The position numbers and the translations under genes were made by a program. Below, piece after piece: positions 51,612 to 61,225 of a stretch of 64,000 bases of DNA; the first letter of the stretch is position 1, and each line of letters opens with the position of its first letter. The DNA is from Acidimicrobiia bacterium (lineage in GTDB: Bacteria > Actinomycetota > Acidimicrobiia > Spongiisociales > ZC4RG35): positions 498,565-562,564 of the forward strand of contig OZ244166.1 of NCBI GenBank assembly GCA_965216445.1, in the 5' to 3' direction. The notes under the pieces were generated by a model. It had not been told where the DNA came from, ran no database searches, and worked only from the letters and a program-made list of their open reading frames with translations.

Positions 51612-52358
51612 ATGGCAAAGTCGACGGTGCAGCTCATGGTCACATGTCTTGTCGACGCATTGGCACCCGAGGTCGGCAAAGCAACACTCAGCGTGCTCGA
51701 GGAGGCCGGTTGCGAGGTCGAGTTTCCTGCGGGCCAGACCTGCTGTGGACAGCCTGCGTACAACGTCGGATTGATGGCCGATGCCAGGAAGATGGCCATC
51801 CACACGCTGGAGGTGTTCGAAGGCACCACCGGTCCGATTGTTGCCCCATCGGGGTCGTGTACCGCCATGGTTGCCAACCATTATCCAGAGATCCTCGAGG
51901 GGACCGAACACGAGGAGGCAGCCAAGAAGGTTTCCTCACGGATCCGCGAGCTTTCCCAGTTCCTCGTTGATGATCTGGAGAAGGCCGACTCGATCGATGC
52001 TTGGTGTGCCGGCTGTTCGATTGCTGTCCACAGGTCATGTCACGGCCTCCGCGGGCTTGGAGTGTCCGGGCAGGTCGACAAGTTGGTGGAAACAGTCGCC
52101 GGCGTCGAAATCGTCCCACTGGACGGAGCCGAGGAATGCTGTGGTTTCGGCGGGTTGTTCAGTGTTGAAATGCCTGAGGTTTCCGCGGCGATCATGGACA
52201 CAAAACTCGACCGGGTCGAGGCCTCGGGTGCCGATGTCCTGGTCGGCGGAGACATCTCCTGTTTGCTTCACATGGAGGGTGGTTTGCGACGTCGAAACTC
52301 GCCAGTGTCGGTTCGACACTTTGTTGAGCTGATAGCTAGAGAAGATGATGAGACTTAA
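51612..52358 (+). CDS. lutA: Lactate utilization protein A (CCG-domain Fe-S protein)
   Basis: TCLVD, QTCCGQP, SGSC, SCH, ECCGFGG, SCLLH. Confidence 0.9.
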   Translation: MAKSTVQLMVTCLVDALAPEVGKATLSVLEEAGCEVEFPAGQTCCGQPAYNVGLMADARKMAIHTLEVFEGTTGPIVAPSGSCTAMVANHYPEILEGTEHEEAAKKVSSRIRELSQFLVDDLEKADSIDAWCAGCSIAVHRSCHGLRGLGVSGQVDKLVETVAGVEIVPLDGAEECCGFGGLFSVEMPEVSAAIMDTKLDRVEASGADVLVGGDISCLLHMEGGLRRRNSPVSVRHFVELIAREDDET

Positions 52359-53184
52359 AGGACTGCGGACAGCCGCGCATGCGGTGAAGGACCTTGAGCA
52401 GGCCAAGCTGTGGTACGCCCAACTCCTGGGAGTCGATCCCTATTTCGACGAGCCCTTCTATGTCGGTTTCGACATTGGCGGGTACGAGTTCGGGCTCGCA
52501 CCGGGAGACGCAGGTGTTGGCGGTTCGGTGTTCTACTGGGCCACAGAAGATCCGCAGCAATTTGTCGCCAAGGCAGTGTCATTGGGCGCCGTCGGCAGGG
52601 AGCCCGTCAGAGATGTTGGCGACGGGATCCAGCTCGGTACGTTTATCGATCCGTTTGGCAACGAATTCGGCGTAATCAGAAACCCTCACTTCGCACCGCA
52701 CCTGGTTGCCGCACAATCCGAGGACATAGCCGACGCCATTATCGAGTGCTCGGTCGTAGTCAGTCTTGACTCCAAATCGGCTTGGGACATGTGGGCTACG
52801 GAAGAAGGGCTGGCGAGTTGGTGGACCGAACACGCGGTTGTCGATCTTCGACCCGGAGGGAAGTACGAAATCCACTTCTTGCCAGATGAAGCGCCGGGCG
52901 ACAAGGGGGGCGACTGGTGTCGCGTCCTCAGTTTCCTCCCCGGACGGATGTTGTCATTCACTTGGAACGCCCCACCGACCCTGAAGACCAGGCCCGAACA
53001 CACGTGGGTGGTACTGACATTCGAAGCCGTCGACGAGGGGTGCCGGGTCAACCTGAGCCATCTTGGGTGGCCTGGCGCCGGTTTGGCTGACACCGACTCG
53101 GATTGGCCAGCGACATTCGAATACTTCACAACAGCCTGGCAATACGTGATGGATCTGTTCCAGGGAAGGTTCTCCGGTCAATGA
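52345..53184 (+). CDS. VOC/glyoxalase-SRPBCC fusion protein
   Basis: N-terminal PYFDEPFYVGF...DPFGNEFG; C-terminal DLRPGGKYE, LSFTWNAPP. Confidence 0.82.
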   Translation: MMRLKGLRTAAHAVKDLEQAKLWYAQLLGVDPYFDEPFYVGFDIGGYEFGLAPGDAGVGGSVFYWATEDPQQFVAKAVSLGAVGREPVRDVGDGIQLGTFIDPFGNEFGVIRNPHFAPHLVAAQSEDIADAIIECSVVVSLDSKSAWDMWATEEGLASWWTEHAVVDLRPGGKYEIHFLPDEAPGDKGGDWCRVLSFLPGRMLSFTWNAPPTLKTRPEHTWVVLTFEAVDEGCRVNLSHLGWPGAGLADTDSDWPATFEYFTTAWQYVMDLFQGRFSGQ

Positions 53185-54584
53185 CTTCTCAGCCTGTGAC
53201 ATTCTTGGGAAGGGCGAGGAACCTGGTGGGAACACCGGAGGCCGACGCCGTCAATCACGGCGTTCGCACCCTGGCCGCAAAACGCGACCGGGCTGCACAG
53301 GAGTTCGACGGTTGGGAACAAATGCGCGATCGGGTGAGGGCGATCCGACTCCACTCCCTCAATAATCTCGACCGGCTTCTGGGGCGTTTTGCCGATCAGC
53401 TGACGGAGGTCGGTGGGTTTGTCCACTTCGCCAACGACGCGGATGAAGCAAACCGAATCGTTGCCCAGATTCTTCGTGACACCGGCTCACGACGGGTGGT
53501 CAAGTCGAAGTCGATGGTGACTGAAGAGATCGAACTCAACGAATACCTGGATCAGCGAGGGTTCTCCGTCGTGGAGACCGACTTGGGTGAGTTCATCGCT
53601 CAGCTAGCCGGTGAAACTCCGAGTCACATCATTGCCCCGGTTCTGCACAAGACCAGGTTCGATATCGGAGCCTTGTTCTCCGAACATCTCGGGGTGCAGG
53701 AGACATCTGACCCGACAGAACTCAATCAGATAGCCCGCAACCACCTCCGTGAGATCTTCCTCGGTGCCGATGCCGGGATAAGCGGTGTCAACATGGCGAT
53801 CGCTGACACCGGTTCGATCGTCACCGTGACCAACGAGGGCAACGGCCGTTTGTGCACCACCGCGCCCAGGGTTCACATCGCCGTGATGGGCATGGAACGC
53901 ATCGTCCCCAACTGGGAGGACGCCGCCGCGACGCTGGAAGTTCTGGCACGGTCGGCTACGGGGCAGCGCTTGTCGGTATACACAAACGTCGTGACCGGAC
54001 CGAAGCGAGCCGAAGATCCCGACGGGCCCGAGCAGGTCCATGTTGTCATAGTCGACAACGGACGCAGCGAGATCCTTGGTGGGGAAACGGCGGAGATCCT
54101 CGCCTGTATCCGTTGTGGGGCTTGCCTGAACATCTGTCCGGTCTTTCGCGAAGTCGGTGGACACGCTTATGGGACCGTCTACTCGGGACCTGTCGGCTCC
54201 GTGGTGACTCCGGGTCTCCACGGTCTCAACCCTTGGTGGGAGTTGCCCTACGCGTCCACGCTTTGCGGTGCGTGCGAGGAGGTTTGCCCGGTTCGGATTC
54301 AGATCCCGTCAATGCTGGTCAAACTGCGTGAACGAGCCGCATCCGAGGAGATGCTTCCAGGCTGGCTGGAAAGAGGGATGTCGCGATATTCCAAGGCGGC
54401 ATCCGAGCCGAAACGATGGGCCAACGCCAAGAAGTGGGCCTATCGCCTGACTGCGCCCTTCTCGTCACGTGGCTGGATACGAAGGATTCCGGGGCCGGGC
54501 CGGGGCTGGACCGCGTACCGCGACCTGAGAAGACCCGCCAAAGAATCGTTCGCTGATTGGTACCGGAGTCGCAATGGAACGTAA
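53181..54584 (+). CDS. lutB: Lactate utilization protein B
   Basis: KSKSMVTEE, ETDLGE, NEGNGR, CIRCGACLNICP, STLCGACEEVCP. Confidence 0.93.
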   Translation: MTSQPVTFLGRARNLVGTPEADAVNHGVRTLAAKRDRAAQEFDGWEQMRDRVRAIRLHSLNNLDRLLGRFADQLTEVGGFVHFANDADEANRIVAQILRDTGSRRVVKSKSMVTEEIELNEYLDQRGFSVVETDLGEFIAQLAGETPSHIIAPVLHKTRFDIGALFSEHLGVQETSDPTELNQIARNHLREIFLGADAGISGVNMAIADTGSIVTVTNEGNGRLCTTAPRVHIAVMGMERIVPNWEDAAATLEVLARSATGQRLSVYTNVVTGPKRAEDPDGPEQVHVVIVDNGRSEILGGETAEILACIRCGACLNICPVFREVGGHAYGTVYSGPVGSVVTPGLHGLNPWWELPYASTLCGACEEVCPVRIQIPSMLVKLRERAASEEMLPGWLERGMSRYSKAASEPKRWANAKKWAYRLTAPFSSRGWIRRIPGPGRGWTAYRDLRRPAKESFADWYRSRNGT

Positions 54585-55224
54585 TGCATTCTTGGCGCGT
54601 GTCGCCGCTGCCATTGACACGGCGGAGATTCCTCCTTCTGGAGATGTCCCGTTGGCTCTTGTGGACCGAGAGGCCATCGATCTGGTCGAGGTGTTCAGAA
54701 CGAGAGCGCAATCGGTGAACACTGTGGTCCACGGTCCGGTCAGTCGTCACAGTGCCCCACGGGCGATCGTTGGGATAGCCGCTGGCCACAACATCACCTC
54801 CTTCGCGACCTGGGACGATCTACCCGCTCCAGGAGTCAGTGCAGCCTTGGCTGCTGAGGGTTGGGATCGAATCGAAGGAGATAGTGGTTCGGTCGAGGAG
54901 TTCCGGTCAACGCCGTACGGTCAGGTTGACATGGGGATTACCGGGGCATCCTTCGCCCTGGCCGAGAGTGGCAGTATCGTTCTCCGACATCACTCGGGTC
55001 GCAGCCGTCTCCTCAGTGTCTTACCCGACATTCATGTCGCGCTGGTCCGTGTCGAAACGATCCATCCCACTTTGGCTCACTGGGCTCAAGAGTTCCCGGA
55101 TGCCTTAGATGGGACGGCAAACTTGGTTATCGTGACCGGGCCGAGCCGGACGGGCGATATCGAGCAACAGCTCAATCTGGGGGTCCACGGACCGAGACAT
55201 ATGCATGTGGTACTGATTAGATGA
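54574..55224 (+). CDS. lutC: Lactate utilization protein C (LUD domain)
   Basis: ALAESGSI, TGPSRTGDIEQ, GVHGP. Confidence 0.9.
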   Translation: MERNAFLARVAAAIDTAEIPPSGDVPLALVDREAIDLVEVFRTRAQSVNTVVHGPVSRHSAPRAIVGIAAGHNITSFATWDDLPAPGVSAALAAEGWDRIEGDSGSVEEFRSTPYGQVDMGITGASFALAESGSIVLRHHSGRSRLLSVLPDIHVALVRVETIHPTLAHWAQEFPDALDGTANLVIVTGPSRTGDIEQQLNLGVHGPRHMHVVLIR

Positions 55225-56195
55225 CCGGGTTACGACCGCCTCCGTCTGAGGACACACCGTCGCGCCAAGTCGGCCGGATCCTTTTCCTGTTGGTTCTGGT
55301 GTCGATTTTTGCCGTCGTGATTTGGGCGGCCGTCACCAACCAACAGGTCCCTCTCGTCGAGGATGTGCCGCTCTCCGCAGTCGAACTCGGTGACGAGGTG
55401 ATCGCCGACGGTATTCAATTCCATGTCGACGACCAGGGTCGGGGAGACACAACAGTCGTCCTTCTTCACGACGTTGACATAGCTGGAATGGAGGCCCTTC
55501 GACCGCTGGCAGAGGCCTTGCAAGAAGAGACTCGCACGCTCTTGATCGACTTGCCGGGTTTTGGGCTGTCGACCCGACTCCCTTCTGAGGGGCCGCCACA
55601 CACGGTCAGCTCAATGGCCGAACGGGTAATCGAAGTGCTCAGCCAGCGTGTCACTGATGAAGAAGTGATCCTCGTTGGAGTCGGGCTGGGGGGGAAGGTT
55701 GCTGCAGAGATTGCCGCCACCGATCCTGACCTGGCCGTTGGTCTGGTGATGATCGACGTCGATTTCTATTCGGGCGGCGGCTGGCTGCAGACTTTCGAGA
55801 GGATGCCGTTCATTGGGAACGCGGTCACGTATGCGTTTGAGGTGTCGGGCTCGTTCAGTGACGACGCGGGGCAACCGTATTGCGAGCAGGGTGGTTGGTG
55901 TGCCACCGAGGAGTACCGGCAGGCACGCGGGGTGGCTTCGCAGATTTCGTTTACGACCGAGTCGTTGAATGCCTTCCGCAACACCCCAGAGGCAGCCAAT
56001 GTCCCGTCCCGACTGGTCGATGTCACTGTTCCAGCGATCTACGTGTGGAGCGAGAATGGACCTGTCGGTGAGGGCTCGATCGAAAGGATCGTTGATGCGT
56101 TGAGCGGCCTCGTGATAAGGCAGATGGATGTCTTTCAGGCCCATCTCGAGACAACCGCTCAGGTCGCCGACATAGTTCTCGAACTCAAGAACTAG
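55221..56195 (+). CDS. Membrane-anchored alpha/beta hydrolase fold protein lacking the nucleophile Ser
   Basis: N-terminal TM, IDLPGFGLS, elbow reads LVGVGLGG. Confidence 0.75.
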   Translation: MTGLRPPPSEDTPSRQVGRILFLLVLVSIFAVVIWAAVTNQQVPLVEDVPLSAVELGDEVIADGIQFHVDDQGRGDTTVVLLHDVDIAGMEALRPLAEALQEETRTLLIDLPGFGLSTRLPSEGPPHTVSSMAERVIEVLSQRVTDEEVILVGVGLGGKVAAEIAATDPDLAVGLVMIDVDFYSGGGWLQTFERMPFIGNAVTYAFEVSGSFSDDAGQPYCEQGGWCATEEYRQARGVASQISFTTESLNAFRNTPEAANVPSRLVDVTVPAIYVWSENGPVGEGSIERIVDALSGLVIRQMDVFQAHLETTAQVADIVLELKN

Positions 56196-57199
56196 ACGCA
56201 GGAAAACGCCACTCGGTGGACAACGTTGTTGGCGTAGCCGTTGCCGTTCCAGCGGGGGCTCAGAGGCTGGGTATTGCCTGCCGAATCCCGCGCTCGAACT
56301 ATCACCTCGTGGTCTCCCTTGGCCAGGTCGATGGTGGCCTTCCAGGAGGTGGCCGAAGTGTGGCCGGGACGTGGTTCGAGAACCGACGGAGACCAGGTCA
56401 CTCCCTCGTCCAGGGAAAGGTCGACCGCCGTGATCGTTCCGGTGCCGGTCCAAGCAGCACCCGCGATCGTGACCGCACCAGAACGGACGGTTTCTCCAGT
56501 TTCAGGCGTGGCCACAATGGAACGGACCTGGATGGCTCCGACTGGAGCCCCCTCCGGCATCTCGTCGTCTCCGAAGTAGCGGTATTTGTTGACGAAGTAC
56601 CCGTCGAAGGGTTTCGTCGTACCAACGATGGATCGAAGCCACTTCACCGACTTCATCGCGTATTGGCCGGGAACAACCAGTCGCACCGGGCCTCCGTGGT
56701 CTTTGGGCAACGGTTCACCGGCCATCGTGTCGGCCAGGATCGCCCTATCCCAAAACTCTCGACCCAGGGAGAACTGATAATTGACCGTTCCTTCGGGTTC
56801 GACGTAGCCGCTATCGGACCCGGTGAAAACCAACTCCTCGATTGCATCTGGAATCTCCCCGACGGCCCCGAGAAGTGGGACACCTTCGAATGTCACGGGC
56901 GATGCGCCACCGAGATCCCATGGTGTACCGGGAGGGACTGGGTCCATGAAGATCCGGCCATTGCCCGCGCACTCCAGGACCATTTCCACCTCGGTGCGGG
57001 GTAGATCCTTCAGGTCAGCAACGTCGAGACGGCGGTCCGTTTCTCCTATCTCAATCTCGACGTGCCGATCTACGGACGATGGCAGGGGAAAGTTGTTGCG
57101 CATGTAGACCAGGGACGTGTCCAGGCTTTCGCCGTCGAGCACCCGCAATGGCGTTCCAGCGTTTGGTGGATCGGTGGTGATTACGTCGAGTCGGTTCAT
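56192..57199 (-). CDS. Sulfite oxidase family molybdopterin enzyme
   Basis: YMRNN, LECAGNGR, DHGGPVRLVVPG, SVKWL, WNGNGYANN. Confidence 0.9.
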   Translation of the reverse strand: MNRLDVITTDPPNAGTPLRVLDGESLDTSLVYMRNNFPLPSSVDRHVEIEIGETDRRLDVADLKDLPRTEVEMVLECAGNGRIFMDPVPPGTPWDLGGASPVTFEGVPLLGAVGEIPDAIEELVFTGSDSGYVEPEGTVNYQFSLGREFWDRAILADTMAGEPLPKDHGGPVRLVVPGQYAMKSVKWLRSIVGTTKPFDGYFVNKYRYFGDDEMPEGAPVGAIQVRSIVATPETGETVRSGAVTIAGAAWTGTGTITAVDLSLDEGVTWSPSVLEPRPGHTSATSWKATIDLAKGDHEVIVRARDSAGNTQPLSPRWNGNGYANNVVHRVAFSCV

Positions 57200-58164
57200 G
57201 GCACCAGCAGCACCTTCCCGGTGGTTTTCCGCCCCTCGAGCGCACGATGTGCGGCTGCTGCATCCTTGAGGTCGTAGGTCGCTCCGATGTTGACTCGGAC
57301 TGCGCCGGTTTCTATCCAGCCGAACAGGTCTGTACATCTATCCGCCAACTCGGCCCTCGTGGCAATGTGATGCCCAAGGGACGGTCTGGTCAAGAACAGC
57401 GAGCCCTTGGCAGAGAGGAGCAGGGGCGAAATCTCCGGAACTGGTCCCGAAGCATTGCCGAATGTGACCATCACGCCTCTGGGTCTGAGTACGTCGAGAC
57501 TGCCCATGAAGGTGGCAGCTCCAACTCCGTCGTAAACCACGTCAACCGAGTTTGGGCCGAGGAGTTGGTTCACTGCTGTTGGAAAGTCCTCATCGGTGTA
57601 GATAACGACATGGTCTGCTCCTGCGGCTTTGCTTATCTCTGCTTTTGCGGCGTTGCCGACCGTCGTCACCACCGTCGCTCCAGAGTGTTTGGCAATCTGG
57701 GTGAGGAGCTGACCGACGCCCCCGGCACCGGCATGTATCAGGCACGTTGCTTCGGGCCCGAGGGTGTAGGTCGAAGTCGCCAGGTAGTGGGCCGTCAAAC
57801 CCTGAAGGAGAGCGGCGGCGGCGACATCGGTCCCGATGCCCTTGGGAAGTAGTACGAGACGATCGGACTCGACGGAGATCAGTTCCGCATAGCTGCCCAG
57901 TGTGTTGGGCCAGCCAACTCGGTCGCCAGGTTGGAAGCGCTCCACACCGTCGCCGACAGCCTTAACGGTTCCTGCGCCCTCCGAACCCGGCACAAACGGC
58001 AACGGCAATTGGTAGAGGCCGGAGCGATGGTAAGTGTCGATGAAATTGAGTCCCGAAGCTTCTACCTCGATCAGCACGTGGCCCGATTCGACCTCGGGGT
58101 CGGGGACATCGACATAGACCAACTTTTCGGGGCCACCCACTTCAGAAACAACGATGGCCTTCAT
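57196..58164 (-). CDS. qor: NADPH:quinone oxidoreductase
   Basis: GLNFIDTYHRSGLY, LQGLTAHYL, HAGAGGVG, FGNASG, TTGKVLL. Confidence 0.92.
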   Translation of the reverse strand: MKAIVVSEVGGPEKLVYVDVPDPEVESGHVLIEVEASGLNFIDTYHRSGLYQLPLPFVPGSEGAGTVKAVGDGVERFQPGDRVGWPNTLGSYAELISVESDRLVLLPKGIGTDVAAAALLQGLTAHYLATSTYTLGPEATCLIHAGAGGVGQLLTQIAKHSGATVVTTVGNAAKAEISKAAGADHVVIYTDEDFPTAVNQLLGPNSVDVVYDGVGAATFMGSLDVLRPRGVMVTFGNASGPVPEISPLLLSAKGSLFLTRPSLGHHIATRAELADRCTDLFGWIETGAVRVNIGATYDLKDAAAAHRALEGRKTTGKVLLVP

Positions 58165-58577
58165 TTCTCCACCGTCCAACCGCGCAGTCTCATTTCATCA
58201 GCGAGCACGTCATCGGGGATGTGGCCAAGATCGAACTGTGGTCTTTCCTCGCCCAGGCAGCGGACTACGGGATCCCGCAACGTTCGGGCCCACGCCTTGC
58301 CTTTGGCCTCTGCCTCCACGGAGAGGGTTCCATCGGGGTTCACGGTATAGACGACCGCGGCTATCTGAGGGTTGGCCCTTGAACCTCGTTCGCCGTATAC
58401 GAGGAGTGTGGCCCCGGCAGGCACATCCTGGATTCCACCAGTGGCGACAAACGGACCCTCATAAGCCCAACCGGTCGCCTTGCTCGTGTCGACCGACTCG
58501 ATGATCTTCGCCCAGTTCTTGTGGCGCTCGTCGCCGACCTGAGGTATCTCCGCAGCAACTAAAACTTCATCACGCAT
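58161..58577 (-). CDS. Hypothetical protein
   Basis: Clean ORF, leaderless-type TAGCCT-N6-ATG, ATGA-coupled to qor. Confidence 0.7.
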   Translation of the reverse strand: MRDEVLVAAEIPQVGDERHKNWAKIIESVDTSKATGWAYEGPFVATGGIQDVPAGATLLVYGERGSRANPQIAAVVYTVNPDGTLSVEAEAKGKAWARTLRDPVVRCLGEERPQFDLGHIPDDVLADEMRLRGWTVEK

Positions 58578-58643
58578 GGGACGAGGCTAGGCAATTCTGG
58601 ACAAGAGTCGCATATGAGACTCCTGATTGCTTACGATTGCTCC

Positions 58644-59642
58644 ATGGCCAAGCTCCGTCTGTTCGCAAACCTCCGAGAAATCGCCGGTGAGAACCAGGTC
58701 GAGATCGACGCGGACACGGTCGGCGGTGTGGTTTCCACAGCAGTTGAACGCTACGGGTCTGAGTTTGGGCGGGTGGCAGAGACCGCTCGGGTCTGGATCA
58801 ATGGCGACCCGGCGAACGCCGAGACTCCGGTATCGAATAACGACGAGGTTGTCCTGCTTCCCCCCGTCTCGGGTGGGTCCCAGCCTGCGTCAGCCCTTGC
58901 CCCAACCGACTTTGTCGGGTTCCTACCTTTGGTGCTCGGTCTGGTTGGAATTCTGGCGAATCTTCAAGGTCAGGCCATTTGGGGAGCGTTTTTGGTTGTG
59001 GCGGCGGCTGTGTGGGCAGTCGATCTCAACTCCGTCTTTGAAGCCCGCGGCCGCACGTTCGGGGCGATGCCGGTTGCCGTTTCCACTGCCGGCGCTGTGC
59101 TGGCAGCTCACACTCTCGGTTCGACTGGGTACGGTCTCGCCGTTGCGATTGCGGTGATCGTGAGCCTCGGTTGGGCGGTCGCCTTTCGACCCTATCGGGA
59201 GGTCGACACTTTCAGTCCGATGTTGCTCACATCGCTCATCGCGGGACTAGCTGGGGCTTCGATGGTGCTATCACGCTCGGCATTCAGCCCCTCCGAGAGT
59301 GCCGTGGACGTCTTCCTCGTTGCGGTTATTGCCGCAGTCGCCCTCGGTGCCATCGCAATACGGATGCCGCAGATGCCTCTCCTGGATCCGTTCACAGTGA
59401 CAGCGTTGGGAGCCGTGATCGCGGCAACTGCAGTTGCAGCCTTGTGGGACCTCGACATTGTTGGGTACCTACTTGTGGGATTGGGTGTGGCCGTAGCCTT
59501 GATTGCAGGTCGCGGGTTGAGTGCGATGTTACGTCTCGGCACTGTCAGTCTCACTGAGATCCCGCCGGGGTTTGTCGCTTCGCTGGACGGGGTCATGCTG
59601 GCGGCGGCGATCTACTATCCGCTCCTTCGCATCATTCTGTGA
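58644..59642 (+). CDS. MoaD/ThiS ubiquitin-like domain fused to a polytopic CdsA-like membrane domain
   Basis: KLRLFANLREIAG...DEVVLLPPVSGG followed in frame by about 8 hydrophobic segments ending ASLDGVMLAAAIYY. Confidence 0.75.
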   Translation: MAKLRLFANLREIAGENQVEIDADTVGGVVSTAVERYGSEFGRVAETARVWINGDPANAETPVSNNDEVVLLPPVSGGSQPASALAPTDFVGFLPLVLGLVGILANLQGQAIWGAFLVVAAAVWAVDLNSVFEARGRTFGAMPVAVSTAGAVLAAHTLGSTGYGLAVAIAVIVSLGWAVAFRPYREVDTFSPMLLTSLIAGLAGASMVLSRSAFSPSESAVDVFLVAVIAAVALGAIAIRMPQMPLLDPFTVTALGAVIAATAVAALWDLDIVGYLLVGLGVAVALIAGRGLSAMLRLGTVSLTEIPPGFVASLDGVMLAAAIYYPLLRIIL

Positions 59643-59688
59643 TCCAAGCCCACCCAGGTCGACCCACCACCCCAGCGAATCTCTTGCC

Positions 59689-60045
59689 ATGATCACCGCG
59701 ATCTGGGTTGCTCTCGGCGGGGCGGTTGGCTCTCTGGGACGGTTCGCAATCTCGGAAGGAATGAACGGCAGGTTCCACCCTTGGGGAACAGTTCTCGTCA
59801 ACGTCGTGGGCAGCCTCGCCCTCGGATTTCTCGTGGGTCGCTGGGGCTTCGACGACCCGTCGGCACAGAGATTGGGTATCACTGTTGGTCTCCTCGGCGG
59901 TTTCACAACCTTCTCGACCTTTTCAGTTGACGCAATAAGGATCTGGGAGAACGGCCAGGGAATGGCGGCGTTTGTGATGGTTGCGGGAACCGTTCTGGTC
60001 GGCATCGGTGCGGCCACCATTGGGGTTTTGGTTGGAAGAGCCTGA
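59689..60045 (+). CDS. crcB: Fluoride channel FluC/CrcB
   Basis: GGAVGSLGRF, PWGTVLVNVVGS, GLLGGFTTFSTF. Confidence 0.93.
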   Translation: MITAIWVALGGAVGSLGRFAISEGMNGRFHPWGTVLVNVVGSLALGFLVGRWGFDDPSAQRLGITVGLLGGFTTFSTFSVDAIRIWENGQGMAAFVMVAGTVLVGIGAATIGVLVGRA

Positions 60046-60117
60046 GGAGTTGGACTGTGAGCACCGACTCCGCTCGCTGGACAACTACAACAACCGTGCG
60101 ACACCCGTTACCATCTA

Positions 60118-61215
60118 GTGCGCATGGCAGTTGAGAAATCACCCTTGCGCGTTCCGCTGGTCGTCCTGGCCGCAATCCTGATCGCCGGACTTTTCCCGCA
60201 GAGCACCCAAGCAGTCACCAAATCCCAGGTCGATGCAGCGTGCGCCAACTCGCGTGCGCAGTTGGATGAGTATCGTGCTGCCCAGAGAGACTTCGAAGAA
60301 GCTGCCCTCGAGTTTGAGGCAGCACTGCTCGATGTCGCCCGCGTCGAGGACAAACAAGACAGGGTTTCCGGTTCGGTTGAATCTCAAAGCGCAGAACTGG
60401 ACGACATGCAATCCAAGTTCGAGGAGCAGGCCGTCGAGTTGTATATGAGAGGTGGGTTTTCCAACCCGGGAATAATCCTCTCGGCATCGTCCGTCGACGA
60501 GTTCATGACCACATCCCAGTTCTTGACCTCGGTTGCAACAGGTGGGCAGTCGTCAATCGATGAGTATCTTGCCGCCCGAGGCGAGCTGAACCGCTTTCAA
60601 GATGACCTCGCTGCAACCAGAGTCGAGTTGAAAGCTGCCGAAGACGCTGCGCTGGCCATCCGAGATGAGCAGGAGTCCGCGATGATTCGCGAGCAGGACG
60701 CCTACGCCAAGCTGAGTGGTGAGTGCAAGAGCTTGCAGGTGAAATACGACCAGGAACAAGCTGAGATCAAAGCTCGAGCCGCCCAGCGGGCTTCTGGCTC
60801 GGTTCAAGTTGGATCCTTCATATGTCCTTTCACGCCGGGTCGGACTTCGTTCATCGACTCTTGGGGATTCCCGAGATCTGGGGGACGCACCCACAAGGGG
60901 ACAGACATGTTTGCTGCTTGGAACGAACCCATGTACGCAGTTGCGGCCGGAAAGGTGAGTGTCGGAAACAGCGGATTGGGCGGGAAGACGATCTGGTTGA
61001 CCGCCAATAACGGTGTCGCCTACTACTACGCCCACCTTGCCAGTTTCAACGTCTCCAACGGTCAGAGCGTGAGCCAGGGTCAGACCATCGGGTTCAACGG
61101 TGACTCGGGGAACGCCAAGGGAGGCGCCCCCCATCTCCACTTCGAGATCCATCCCGGGGGACGGGGCTCCGCTGCCGTCAATCCTTATCCAACACTCGCC
61201 AAAGCTTGCAAGTAA
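60118..61215 (+). CDS. Secreted coiled-coil M23 family peptidoglycan endopeptidase
   Basis: HKGTD, YYYAHL, PHLHFE. Confidence 0.9.
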   Translation: MRMAVEKSPLRVPLVVLAAILIAGLFPQSTQAVTKSQVDAACANSRAQLDEYRAAQRDFEEAALEFEAALLDVARVEDKQDRVSGSVESQSAELDDMQSKFEEQAVELYMRGGFSNPGIILSASSVDEFMTTSQFLTSVATGGQSSIDEYLAARGELNRFQDDLAATRVELKAAEDAALAIRDEQESAMIREQDAYAKLSGECKSLQVKYDQEQAEIKARAAQRASGSVQVGSFICPFTPGRTSFIDSWGFPRSGGRTHKGTDMFAAWNEPMYAVAAGKVSVGNSGLGGKTIWLTANNGVAYYYAHLASFNVSNGQSVSQGQTIGFNGDSGNAKGGAPHLHFEIHPGGRGSAAVNPYPTLAKACK

Positions 61216-61225
61216 CCTGGCTGCT

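Noticed and set aside
59643-59688. Fluoride riboswitch before crcB
   Set aside because: The gap is only about 46 bp and has no GGCGATGG...TGATG-type signature.
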